64,000 nucleotides of DNA from an uncultured Alphaproteobacteria bacterium (GTDB taxonomy: Bacteria; Pseudomonadota; Alphaproteobacteria; Caulobacterales; Aquidulcibacteraceae): the NCBI GenBank assembly GCA_902826245.1, contig CADEEA010000007.1, positions 4,285 to 68,284 of the forward strand, given 5' to 3'. A program made the translations under genes and the position numbers. Each line of letters opens with the position of its first letter. Positions within the stretch are counted from its first letter, which is position 1. Positions 21,409-30,513 of this stretch are shown one piece after another. Under the pieces are notes generated by a model. It saw only the letters and a program-made list of their open reading frames with translations. It was not told where the DNA came from and made no database searches.

Positions 21409-21996
21409 ATGTCGGCAGCGACCCGCAAGCGCGTGGCGGCCCTGGTCTCAGGCCGCGGCAGTAATTTGCAGGCGCTGCTGGCCGCCAAGCAGGACAGTTA
21501 CGAAATTGCGCTCGTCATCTCCAATCGCCCGGATGCGGGCGGTCTTGAGATAGCGCGCGGCGCAGGCGTTGAAGCGCTGATCGTCGACCACAAAGATTAT
21601 GGCAAGGATCGCGAGGCTTTCGAACGCACGATGGACGCAGCGCTGCGCGAGCGAAATATCGAGATCGTCGCGCTAGCCGGTTTCATGCGCGTGCTGACGC
21701 CGTTCTTCGTAAGCGCCTGGGCGGGGCGGCTCCTCAACATCCACCCGTCGCTGCTGCCAAAATATCCGGGCGTCGACACCCACGCTCGCGTATTGGCGGC
21801 AAACGAATCCATGCACGGCTGCACCGTGCATCTGGTTGTGGATAAGGTAGACGCAGGCGAAATCCTCGGCCAAGCGCGGCTGGCGATCCTTCCCGGCGAC
21901 ACACCAGAAACCCTCGCCGCGCGCGTGCTGGAATTGGAGCACGCGCTTTACCCACCATGTTTGGCGCGGCTGGCCTTAGCCCTCAGCCCTCGCTGA
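21409..21996 (+). CDS. purN: Phosphoribosylglycinamide formyltransferase
   Basis: SGRGSNLQAL, LAGFMRVL, NIHPSLLP and HGCTVH motifs. Confidence 0.96.
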   Translation: MSAATRKRVAALVSGRGSNLQALLAAKQDSYEIALVISNRPDAGGLEIARGAGVEALIVDHKDYGKDREAFERTMDAALRERNIEIVALAGFMRVLTPFFVSAWAGRLLNIHPSLLPKYPGVDTHARVLAANESMHGCTVHLVVDKVDAGEILGQARLAILPGDTPETLAARVLELEHALYPPCLARLALALSPR

Positions 21997-22278
21997 CAAC
22001 GCGCCCCAACGCGCAGCGATGGTCGCGACAGCAGTACTGAGCGCGACCAGATCGTCGCCATAACCCAGGCCTGGAATGAAATCGCCCACCACGTCCGTTG
22101 GCAAGATCAGGTAACCCAGGGCTGCCACACAAATGCCCTTCACCCAGACCGGCGTTGCGGGGTCACGAAGCAGCGTGTGCAGCTCACAGGCCGCAATCCA
22201 CACGTCTTTCAATCCAGCAAGCGCGCCAAGTTTTGACTTGAATGCGGCCTCTGAATACGCGCGGGAAAATCCTGGCAT
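21976..22278 (-). CDS. YkvA/DUF1232-family protein
   Basis: ALGYLILPTDVVGDFIPGLGYGDDL motif. Confidence 0.85.
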   Translation of the reverse strand: MPGFSRAYSEAAFKSKLGALAGLKDVWIAACELHTLLRDPATPVWVKGICVAALGYLILPTDVVGDFIPGLGYGDDLVALSTAVATIAARWGALSARAEG

Positions 22279-22375
22279 CGACTCTGCTCCGGTCTTTGGC
22301 GGCAATCTAGTCCCAAAACGGCGAGACGCACCGGTTCGTCGCAGCTATAGGGAGGAATAGAGGAGCCCACTAAAC

Positions 22376-23185
22376 ATGGCGGACCGCGACTACGTGCTTG
22401 GCACTCACGACGACGAAATCTACCGGCTAGGCCTGCAGCACCGGGTCTGGCGGCCACGCGTGCTTGATGCATGGTCGCGCGCGCGCATCGGCGAGGGAGC
22501 GACAGTCATCGATTTTGGCGCTGGGCCAGGGTTCGCCACAATGGACCTGGCTGAGATCGTCGGCCCACAGGGCAAAGTCATCGCACTCGAACGCTCGCGG
22601 CGCTTTCTCGACGTGTTGGCGGCGCAGGCCGCTGCGCGCGGCCTCTCCAATATTCAAGCTAATGAGCTCGATCTCGCTACCGACGCGCTGCCCGCAGCCA
22701 ACGCCGACGCAGCCTGGGTGCGCTGGGTGTTTGCGTTTCTGCCCGATCCCAAACCGGCGTTACGAAAACTGGTCGACGCGCTCAAGCCCGGCGGCGTGCT
22801 CGTGATCTACGAATATTTCCACTACCGTTCGCTCGGCCTGACGCCGGCATCCGAGAGTTTCGATCGCTTCGTCGACGAAGTGGTGGCGAATTGGAAGGGC
22901 TCAGGCGGCGACCCCGATGTCGGACGCTTCATTCCAAACTGGCTCTGCGAGATGGGCCTCACACTTGAAAGCACGCGCCCGCACATCGATCTCCTGTCCC
23001 CGCGCGACCCTATGTGGCGCTGGCCGGAAAGCTTCTTCCATCTCCACATCGACCGCCTGCTCGAACTCGGCCGCATCGATACGGAAGCCGCGGCCGCCAT
23101 GCGCGAGCAATTCGCGCGCGACGCCGCCCAACCCGGTGCGCTGATGGCGACGCCGCTGGTGATGGAGATCGTGGCGCGGAAATAG
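22376..23185 (+). CDS. Class I SAM-dependent methyltransferase
   Basis: VIDFGAGPGF motif I and LKPGG motif. Confidence 0.88.
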   Translation: MADRDYVLGTHDDEIYRLGLQHRVWRPRVLDAWSRARIGEGATVIDFGAGPGFATMDLAEIVGPQGKVIALERSRRFLDVLAAQAAARGLSNIQANELDLATDALPAANADAAWVRWVFAFLPDPKPALRKLVDALKPGGVLVIYEYFHYRSLGLTPASESFDRFVDEVVANWKGSGGDPDVGRFIPNWLCEMGLTLESTRPHIDLLSPRDPMWRWPESFFHLHIDRLLELGRIDTEAAAAMREQFARDAAQPGALMATPLVMEIVARK

Positions 23186-23191
23186 CGGCCG

Positions 23192-23222
23192 GCGTGCATC
23201 CCCGTACGACAGGGATGCACGC
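23192..23222. terminator. Hairpin between convergent genes (probable bidirectional terminator)
   Basis: 11-bp stem GCGTGCATCCC / GGGATGCACGC. Confidence 0.6.
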
Positions 23223-23232
23223 TCACGATGGT

Positions 23233-25245
23233 TCAGAACGATGCCGCCACCGAGAAGCGGATATTGCGGCCCGGGAGCGGCAGGTCGTCTTTCAGGAACG
23301 AGGCGTGCACGCGACCCAATTCATCGGTGAGATTGCGCCCGTCGAGGCGCAACGTGAATGCGCCGTCCTCGCCGTCAGGCCGGAACGCGATCCCGGCATT
23401 GAGGAAAGTGTATCCTTCTGTGCGCGTCTCGAACGCGGCCAGGCGCTCCTGCTCGCCGGTGCGAACCGCCGCGACATGGCCCCGCCAGTGCGCATTCTCC
23501 GCGTCCAGGCCGATCGTCAGAGAGGTCGGCGGAATCCGCGGCGGCCGGCCTCCGGCATCGAAGTCCGCGCGCACCAAATCATAGGCGACGTCACCCGAAA
23601 CCTGGAATCCGCCTATCTCAAACAAGGGCGCCCGCACGGAAATTTCGCCGCCCGTGAACGTCGCGTCCTGCTGCGTGAACACGAACACCGGCAGCACCGC
23701 AGCGCCCGCAGGGATCGAAGGGTCGCTCCCGTCCGGCGCAAAGCCGCTCGTCTCGGTCGCTTCATCGAGCCAGAACACATCGCCACGCTGAACCAGCGCA
23801 ACGTAATCTTCGAAATTGATGCGATAGAGGTTCGCCTCGAGACGGAAGCGTCCGGATTCGTGACGCGCCGAAATTTCGAACGAAGTCGCCGTCTCCTGAT
23901 CGAGCGTCGGGTCGCCGATTTCATAATTGGCGGTGGCCAGGTGAGGCCCATCGGCAAAAAGCTCTATCGCAGTTGGCGCGCGCTGCGTGCGCGCCAAAGT
24001 AGCCCCGACAAACCAATTCTCCGCGGGGCGGAAGAAGACGCCGGCCGACCCACTCGCATTTTCAAACTCACGAGCACCGCCGCCAACGTTGTCGATTTCA
24101 CGCCGTTCGATGCGCGCGCCGCCTTCGAGCCCCCAGGCGCCGAGATCCAGGCGTTCAACGATGAACGCACCCAAATCTTGAGTGTTGGATGGCGTAATGA
24201 ACGCCTCTTCGCCTTCCGCAGCGAAGTCGGCGTTCGTGTACTGCACCCCAAACGCGCCTCGCAGGCGTTCCCCGCGGTGATGCGCCTCCACGCGTCCTTC
24301 CCAACCGGTGACGACAAAACGCGTGCCGGCGGCGCCGTCGCCTTCAAACTCCGTGTGTTCGTAATCTGAATGCTGTGCGCCGAAATCGAGCCGATCGAAC
24401 GGCCCGAAATCCACCCTCGCATCGCCGCGCGCTTCGACGCGGGTTTGTTCGAGTTCGATATGCCCGCCGGGCTCGCTTGGGTCTCCGGGCGGCAGGCCGT
24501 ATTCATTCTCCGTGCGCTTGATCGCGAGCCCAGCGAAGCCGGGTTCGCCTACCAGCGCACCGCCGGCGGAATAGGCGCGGAAGCTGGTCCAGGAATTCAG
24601 CGCCGCCCCAATCGGGGTGTCGTAATCGTCAGTTTCGCGCGCGGCGGCGCTGGCTGTGAACGCAAACGGCCCGGCCCCGCCGGTGACAGAGCCGAAACCC
24701 TGGCGACCTTCGTCAACGTCCGAAAATGCGGCGAATCCCTCGAAGCTCAGCGCGGCCGCCGCTCGCGTCGGTATGCTCTCGTCGATGACATTCACCACCC
24801 CGCCGATAGCGTTGCCGCCATAAGCCAGAGCGGCTGCTCCGCGCAGCACTTCTATGCGATGCGCGTCGAGACCATCGGCGGTGACCGCATGGTCAGGACT
24901 GGCCGATGACGCGTCGATAGCGCCGATGCCGTTTTCCAGCACGCGCACACGGTCTTCGCCGAGCCCGCGGATAATGGGGCGGCTGGCGCCGGCGCCGAAA
25001 AACGTGGTGGTGACGCCTGGCTGTGCGTCAAGCGTGTCGCCCAAGCCGCCGTTCAGGCTCTCAACGATATCGTCGCGGCTAAGCACGGTCGCGCCCTGCA
25101 GGCTCTCGATGCGCGACCCTTCGATCGGGGCAGTGACGACGATCTCGTCTTCCTGGTTAGTTTGAGCGGTTGCAAGCGCCGGCAACATCGAGCCGACGAA
25201 AGCAGCGGCCACGAGCGCCGCGCGGTCTTTTGAATTGGTAGCCAT
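23233..25245 (-). CDS. TonB-dependent receptor (ZnuD-like metal receptor style)
   Basis: Signal peptide, TonB box EIVVTA, plug GASRPIIRG...DHAV...IEVLRG, C-terminal Phe. Confidence 0.9.
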   Translation of the reverse strand: MATNSKDRAALVAAAFVGSMLPALATAQTNQEDEIVVTAPIEGSRIESLQGATVLSRDDIVESLNGGLGDTLDAQPGVTTTFFGAGASRPIIRGLGEDRVRVLENGIGAIDASSASPDHAVTADGLDAHRIEVLRGAAALAYGGNAIGGVVNVIDESIPTRAAAALSFEGFAAFSDVDEGRQGFGSVTGGAGPFAFTASAAARETDDYDTPIGAALNSWTSFRAYSAGGALVGEPGFAGLAIKRTENEYGLPPGDPSEPGGHIELEQTRVEARGDARVDFGPFDRLDFGAQHSDYEHTEFEGDGAAGTRFVVTGWEGRVEAHHRGERLRGAFGVQYTNADFAAEGEEAFITPSNTQDLGAFIVERLDLGAWGLEGGARIERREIDNVGGGAREFENASGSAGVFFRPAENWFVGATLARTQRAPTAIELFADGPHLATANYEIGDPTLDQETATSFEISARHESGRFRLEANLYRINFEDYVALVQRGDVFWLDEATETSGFAPDGSDPSIPAGAAVLPVFVFTQQDATFTGGEISVRAPLFEIGGFQVSGDVAYDLVRADFDAGGRPPRIPPTSLTIGLDAENAHWRGHVAAVRTGEQERLAAFETRTEGYTFLNAGIAFRPDGEDGAFTLRLDGRNLTDELGRVHASFLKDDLPLPGRNIRFSVAASF

Positions 25246-25336
25246 CGAAAATCTTCCTCGTCTATTCGTTCACAGCTGGATCGGCGCACGCACGGGCGGC
25301 CGGCGCCGCTGACGCGGCGCATGATTTCAGTGAGCT

Positions 25337-25717
25337 TCAGACGAGGGAGGGAGGCGCGCGGCTTCGCCAGTGGTGCGACCAGCGCAGACTTGGGGCAGGG
25401 GCGTCGGCCGGCGACGCAATCTGGGTCCCGCTTAATGTTGGCGGCCGAAGCGCAGCACCTGTGGCAAGTCCAAAGCCCCGGGCGGAGGCTGCGACCTGGC
25501 AGATCTGGCATACGCCCTGTTCGAGTGCGTCCGAGCCGTCGGGTTGCGCCGCCGAAGCGAACCCGGCCAAAGCCGAAGGCGCGCCTGATGTCCACACATC
25601 GACGTGGGTCTGAACAAACAAGCCGTTGAGCAGAAGCGCGGCAACGGCCAAAAGCGCCGTCAACCGACGTGCGGTCTCGCGAGACGCCCGCGACAAAGTG
25701 CTGGTGAGCAACTTCAC
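25337..25717 (-). CDS. DUF2946-like leader protein with CxxC and C-terminal RAPP motif
   Basis: Hydrophobic N-terminal segment, CQIC (25499-25510) and RAPP (25349-25360) three residues before the stop. Directly upstream of the TonB receptor on the same strand. Confidence 0.8.
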   Translation of the reverse strand: MKLLTSTLSRASRETARRLTALLAVAALLLNGLFVQTHVDVWTSGAPSALAGFASAAQPDGSDALEQGVCQICQVAASARGFGLATGAALRPPTLSGTQIASPADAPAPSLRWSHHWRSRAPPSLV

Positions 25718-25740
25718 CCGCCGCTTCTACAACGGGCGGG

Positions 25741-25755
25741 TGTTATTGTATAGCG
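25741..25755. promoter_or_regulatory. Possible Zur-like box
   Basis: TGTTATTGTATAGCG compared with the palindrome TGTTATNNNATAACA (2 mismatches), just upstream of the DUF2946-receptor unit. Confidence 0.35.
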
Positions 25756-25811
25756 TTGTAGCGACGAACCGTCTGAAATCGCAGGCGGAACACCTGCCCT
25801 GGGGCTCCCGC

Positions 25812-26234
25812 TTAGCCCACAATCTCTTGATCGGCGAAAAAGAACTCGATTTCGCGCGCGGCGTTCTCAAGCGAGTCCGAACCGTGCACGGAATTGGCCT
25901 CGATCGATTCCGCGAATTGCTTGCGGATGGTGCCCTCAGCAGCATTGGCGGGATTGGTCGCCCCCATCACGTCGCGATATTTCGTCACCGCGCCTTCGGC
26001 CTCCAACACCTGCACCACGACTGGGCCGGAGATCATGAAAGTCACCAGGTCGCGGAAGAAGGGCCGCTCCTTGTGCACCGCATAGAAACCTTCAGCCTGC
26101 CCCTCTGAAAGCCATATGCGCTTCTGAGCGACGATCCGCAGACCCGCGCTTTCTATGACCGCGTTGATGGCGCCGGTCAGATTGCGCGCCGTCGCGTCCG
26201 GCTTGATGATTGAGAGTGTGCGTTCGGCGGGCAT
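25812..26234 (-). CDS. ndk: Nucleoside diphosphate kinase
   Basis: [11 protein letters not shown] and NSVHGSDS motifs. Confidence 0.97.
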   Translation of the reverse strand: MPAERTLSIIKPDATARNLTGAINAVIESAGLRIVAQKRIWLSEGQAEGFYAVHKERPFFRDLVTFMISGPVVVQVLEAEGAVTKYRDVMGATNPANAAEGTIRKQFAESIEANSVHGSDSLENAAREIEFFFADQEIVG

Positions 26235-26303
26235 GGGGGCTCCAGCGGGTCGGGGCAGATGGAGTGGGGTCTATAGCGGTCGAGCACGCGACCGCCAAGT
26301 GCG

Positions 26304-26612
26304 TCAGAAGCACCCGATTGCCGCGATGCGGCCGCTACTGTCCAACACGACATTGAGCCGTTGCGGCTCGAACTCGAGGGTCAACGCCCTGACATGAGTT
26401 TGCACCTGCGCATCCTGGAAATGACTTGCCTGGCGCACTGTCGCAAATTCTTCGCCAACGAGGTGCTGCAACCCGCTTGCGCCACAGGCGTCGCCGCCAA
26501 GGACAATCTTGGGGTTGGCGGACATACTGCCGCCCGGCGCCATGGCGTTCGTGCATCCGACCAACGCCAGAAGCCCGATCGTCGCTATTCTAAGACCAAT
26601 TCCTGTCACCAT
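26304..26612 (-). CDS. Peptidase inhibitor I78-family lipoprotein (copy 3)
   Basis: Lipobox LVGC; DACGASGLQHLVG...TLEFEPQRLNV...IGCF. Confidence 0.8.
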   Translation of the reverse strand: MVTGIGLRIATIGLLALVGCTNAMAPGGSMSANPKIVLGGDACGASGLQHLVGEEFATVRQASHFQDAQVQTHVRALTLEFEPQRLNVVLDSSGRIAAIGCF

Positions 26613-26649
26613 GAGACGCCGCTCGTTGCATGGGGTTCAGAGAATGACT

Positions 26650-26985
26650 CTAAAAACACTGAAGCGACCCAATCATGCCGTCGCTGCCTACTATGACGTT
26701 GAGCCGATTGGGGGAGAAATCCTGAGTCACCATCATGTCGGGGGTGATGACGCGCGCGCCCGCAGGCAGCCGCGCACGCTCGATCTCCGCCGCCGGTCGC
26801 CCGACCAGCGTGCGAAATGCGCTCGCGCCGCACGTGTCGCGCCGTGTCGCCTCCGCCGCGCTCTGTGGCGCGGTCGCGACCTCCCGCTGATAATCGCGTC
26901 CGATCCGGTCGAGATCGCGATAGGTCTGAGGCGTCTGCGTACATGCGACGGCCATGAACAACGCGGCGATGGGAAGTGCTTTCAT
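26650..26985 (-). CDS. Peptidase inhibitor I78-family lipoprotein (copy 2)
   Basis: Lipobox AVAC; DTCGASAFRTLVG...VTQDFSPNRLNV...LQCF. Confidence 0.85.
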   Translation of the reverse strand: MKALPIAALFMAVACTQTPQTYRDLDRIGRDYQREVATAPQSAAEATRRDTCGASAFRTLVGRPAAEIERARLPAGARVITPDMMVTQDFSPNRLNVIVGSDGMIGSLQCF

Positions 26986-27257
26986 CAGTAACACCCAAAT
27001 CCAGTGATATTCCCATTGGCGTCAACCAGGACGTTGAGCCGATCAGGGCGGAAATCCTCGGTCACTATGACGCCGGGCCCGATCACACGCGTGCCGGCTG
27101 GGAAAGTAGCCGCCGCAATACTGACGCCGACCATCCCGCCCATCGCGTGCGCGCCGCAAGCGTCCGCGGCATCCGCCTCCGCGCGCGTGCCCGGCGATGC
27201 CGCAGGCTGCGGCGCGCATGCCGAGGCCAACAAAGCAAGCGCCGCCAACAGCCTCAT
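26985..27257 (-). CDS. Peptidase inhibitor I78-family lipoprotein (copy 1)
   Basis: Lipobox ASAC; DACGA...VTEDFRPDRLNVLVD...FGCY. ATGA overlap with holC. Confidence 0.85.
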   Translation of the reverse strand: MRLLAALALLASACAPQPAASPGTRAEADAADACGAHAMGGMVGVSIAAATFPAGTRVIGPGVIVTEDFRPDRLNVLVDANGNITGFGCY

Positions 27258-27715
27258 GCTTGCTTCTCCCACTTTCCCGAGGCGCCTTCGCGCCAGTAGA
27301 CCGTGAGTAACTCCGCTTCCTTGGCGGCTTTCCAGCGAGAACGCGCCAAATCCAAGGCAGCCTCGTCGCGTCCATCGAACACCACGCAAGCGCGCTCGAA
27401 AGCGGCAATGTCGCCCGGTTCGGCGCCGTCGATCAGAAACAGAACCTGCGCCGCGTTGGGATTACCCGGCGCTGCTGTTAGCCATACGGGCTGTCGCGCG
27501 GGATCGCCCTCTTGCGAATGCGGCAAGAAACTGTCCTCGCGAAATGTCCACAACGCCATATCAAGCGCATCCAGGCGCTCGGCGTTGCCGCCACGCACCA
27601 GCGCCCGCCATCCGCGTTGCAGACATTTTTCCAAAAGCGGCGGCAGGGCGCGCTCGAGCTCGCTGCGTTCAAGGTGGTAGAACCAGAGTTCGGGCATTGC
27701 CGCCTTCGCCGTCAT
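27254..27715 (-). CDS. holC: DNA polymerase III chi subunit
   Basis: ELWFYHL, LWTFREDSFLPH and ARSRWK motifs; follows pepA. Confidence 0.93.
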   Translation of the reverse strand: MTAKAAMPELWFYHLERSELERALPPLLEKCLQRGWRALVRGGNAERLDALDMALWTFREDSFLPHSQEGDPARQPVWLTAAPGNPNAAQVLFLIDGAEPGDIAAFERACVVFDGRDEAALDLARSRWKAAKEAELLTVYWREGASGKWEKQA

Positions 27716-29205
27716 TCCTCGAACTTGTTCGCCACCAAACGGTTCAACAGCCGCACGCCGTAGCCGGTGGCCCAGGATGGCGAGAGCGGGTCTTCGTAGG
27801 GGCCTGGTTTCCAGGCGGTGCCGGCGATGTCGATGTGGGCCCAGTGGACGCCGTCCTTGATGAAGCGCTTGATAAACTGGGCGCCAACGATCGAGCCTGC
27901 CGCTGGTTTGCCGGAGATGTTCTTCATGTCGGCGGTGGGACTGTCGATCATCTTGTCGTAGCCGGCGCCGAGCGGCATCCGCCACACCGCCTCGCCTTCA
28001 GCGTTTGCAGCAATCGTGATCGCGTGGGCGAGGTCATCGTCGTTGCAATAAAGCCCCGCGTGCTCGTGCCCCAGCGCGACAATCACGGCGCCTGTCAGCG
28101 TGGCTAAATCGATAACAGCGGTTGGGTTGAACTTGTCCTGCGCGTACCAAACTGCGTCGGCCAGAATGAGCCGCCCCTCCGCGTCGGTGTTCAACACTTC
28201 GATGGTCTGGCCGGACATGGTGGTGACAATGTCGCCCGGGCGCTGCGCATTAGCGCCCGGCATGTTCTCCACCAGCGCCACGACGCCCACGACATTCGCC
28301 TTCGCCTTGCGCAGCGCGATCGCTTTCATGGCGCCGGCGACAGCGGCTGCCCCGCCCATGTCGCCCTTCATCTCCTCCATGCCCGCCGCTGGCTTGATCG
28401 AGATCCCGCCGGTGTCGAAGGTGACGCCCTTGCCCACGAGCGCCAGTGGGCGCGTCCCCTTGGTGCGCGCGCCGTTCCACGACATGGCCACCAGCCGCGC
28501 CGGATTGGCGCTGCCTTGGGCGACGCCAAGCAGGGCGCCCATGCCGAGTTTTTCCATCGTCGCCGGCTCGATAATGTCGACCTCAACGCCCAGTGTTTCG
28601 AGATCGCGCAGGCGCTCGGCAAAGCTCGCGGGGTAAAGGACGTTCGAGGGCTCGTTGACCAGATCGCGGGCAAAGAACACGCCTTCAGCGAGCGCTGCGT
28701 CCTTGTCGGCGCGCGCCCGCGCCGGCGCCGGCGCCTCCATGACAATTTCCACCGACTTGAGCGAGGGCGTCTGGTCGGGCTTCAATTTGGTGCGGTAGGC
28801 GTCGAAGCGATACGAGGCCAACCGCGCCCCCAAAGCGGCATGAGCGCCGGCTTCCGCCTTGGATACGCCAGGAAGTGCGTCCGGCTGAAGCACCAGTTTC
28901 TCCGCTCCCGATGTGAGGACACGGCGTATGGCGTGGCCAGCCCATCGCTCCACCGCCATCCCGTCAGCGGTTTCAGCCTTGCCGACGCCGATTACGAGCA
29001 CGCGCGCATAATCCACACCCTCAGGCGCCAATAGGTCCAGCACCGAGCCAGCGCCGCCGGTGAAGCGGGCAGCGCCCATGGCCTTGCTCAACCGCCCGCC
29101 GCCGGCGGCGTCCACAGACTGGGCTGAGGCCGACAATTGCCCCCCTTCGCTCGCCATCACCGCCAATACGTCGCCGCCGCCTGCGGTTACAAAACGAATG
29201 TCCAT
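27712..29205 (-). CDS. pepA: Leucyl aminopeptidase
   Basis: GKGVTFDTGG, MKGDMGGAA and NTDAEGRL motifs. Confidence 0.96.
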   Translation of the reverse strand: MDIRFVTAGGGDVLAVMASEGGQLSASAQSVDAAGGGRLSKAMGAARFTGGAGSVLDLLAPEGVDYARVLVIGVGKAETADGMAVERWAGHAIRRVLTSGAEKLVLQPDALPGVSKAEAGAHAALGARLASYRFDAYRTKLKPDQTPSLKSVEIVMEAPAPARARADKDAALAEGVFFARDLVNEPSNVLYPASFAERLRDLETLGVEVDIIEPATMEKLGMGALLGVAQGSANPARLVAMSWNGARTKGTRPLALVGKGVTFDTGGISIKPAAGMEEMKGDMGGAAAVAGAMKAIALRKAKANVVGVVALVENMPGANAQRPGDIVTTMSGQTIEVLNTDAEGRLILADAVWYAQDKFNPTAVIDLATLTGAVIVALGHEHAGLYCNDDDLAHAITIAANAEGEAVWRMPLGAGYDKMIDSPTADMKNISGKPAAGSIVGAQFIKRFIKDGVHWAHIDIAGTAWKPGPYEDPLSPSWATGYGVRLLNRLVANKFEE

Positions 29206-29370
29206 GCCATCCTCAAATTGTAGGGCCTGAGCCGCCGGCCTAACGATGCAGACCCCGGTTGAAAAGCCATCGAACGGCCCTGCGCTAACCCAGTTTCCTC
29301 CCAAAGGGAAACCAGTCTAGTAAACCGCGTTACGCCTCTCGGTCCCGCCGGCGAGCGTCAAGGGAGCGCA

Positions 29371-30513
29371 ATGGACACCATCTCGGCCTACGTTTTCCGA
29401 CAGGCGCTGGGTCCGCTCTTGGCGATCCTGGGCGCACTCGCAGCTATTGCGATCCTCACCCAAGGCCTCAATCAGCTCGATTTGATCATCACCAACCGCA
29501 ACGCTGGCCTGGCCTTCGCCTGGGTGACCCTACTGGCCTTGCCGCAACTGATCTCGCTCATTTTGCCGATGGCCGTGTTCATCGCCGTCATCTACGCGCT
29601 GAACCGGATGCAGGGCGACAGTGAGATCGCGGTGCTCTACGGCGCCGGCGTTTCACGACGCGCCATCGGCCGGCCTGTGATCCAATTGGCCACCCTGGCC
29701 GCGCTTGCTCACCTTGCGATCAATCTTGTGATCCAACCAGCCGCGCTCGAGCAACGCAGAACTGTGCTCTACGGGCTACGTAACGATGTCGCCTCAAGCA
29801 TGGTGGAGGAAGGCGCATTCACCTTTCCGACCGACGATCTCACGCTCTATGCCAGCGGCCGCGGCGGCGGCGGCGAGCTGCAGAACCTGCTCATCAACGA
29901 TGCACGCCCGCGCCTGCCGATCACCTACACGGCGCGCGCTGGCGCGATCGCTTCGATTGAAGTTGACGGCGCCCGGCGCCCGGCGATCATCATGCGCGAC
30001 GGCCAGATTCAGCGTCAAACCGACGAAGGCGCGGTCGAGGTGCTCGATTTCGACCGCTACGTGTTGCAGCTCGGCGACGGATTCGACGAACCGAGCCTAT
30101 TTTTCCTGAAGGCTTCAGACCGTACTTTGTTTGAACTGTTCTTCCCCGACCGCACTGCCCATTTCGACCAACGCAACATCGAGAAATTCCTTGCCGAAGC
30201 GCATGCAAGGCTGTCTTCGCCGCTTCTAAATCTAGCCTTGGCGGCGATTGCGCTGGCAGGCGTGCTGGTTGGCGAATTCAGCCGGCGCGGCTATGGGCGG
30301 CGCATCGCCTGGGCTGCGGTGGCGGCCCTTCTCGTCCGGCTTTTCGCGCTCGCGATCACTGCCGCCGCCGCCGACGAACCTGAGCTTAACGCGATTCAGT
30401 ATGCGCTGCCGGTTGTGGTCATCCTGGTGTGCTCGGCCCTGCTAGGCGGCAAGCGCCCACGGCGGCGACGCGCGCATGACGGCCCCTCCGCAATCGCGGG
30501 AGCGGCCCCATGA
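29371..30513 (+). CDS. lptF: LPS export ABC permease LptF
   Basis: YjgP/YjgQ topology with SEIAVLYGAGVS; first of the permease pair. Confidence 0.9.
   Translation: MDTISAYVFRQALGPLLAILGALAAIAILTQGLNQLDLIITNRNAGLAFAWVTLLALPQLISLILPMAVFIAVIYALNRMQGDSEIAVLYGAGVSRRAIGRPVIQLATLAALAHLAINLVIQPAALEQRRTVLYGLRNDVASSMVEEGAFTFPTDDLTLYASGRGGGGELQNLLINDARPRLPITYTARAGAIASIEVDGARRPAIIMRDGQIQRQTDEGAVEVLDFDRYVLQLGDGFDEPSLFFLKASDRTLFELFFPDRTAHFDQRNIEKFLAEAHARLSSPLLNLALAAIALAGVLVGEFSRRGYGRRIAWAAVAALLVRLFALAITAAAADEPELNAIQYALPVVVILVCSALLGGKRPRRRRAHDGPSAIAGAAP

Noticed and set aside
23014-24909. Long plus-strand ORFs (451 aa and 179 aa) opposite the TonB receptor
   Set aside because: Typical high-GC antisense open frames with no motifs.
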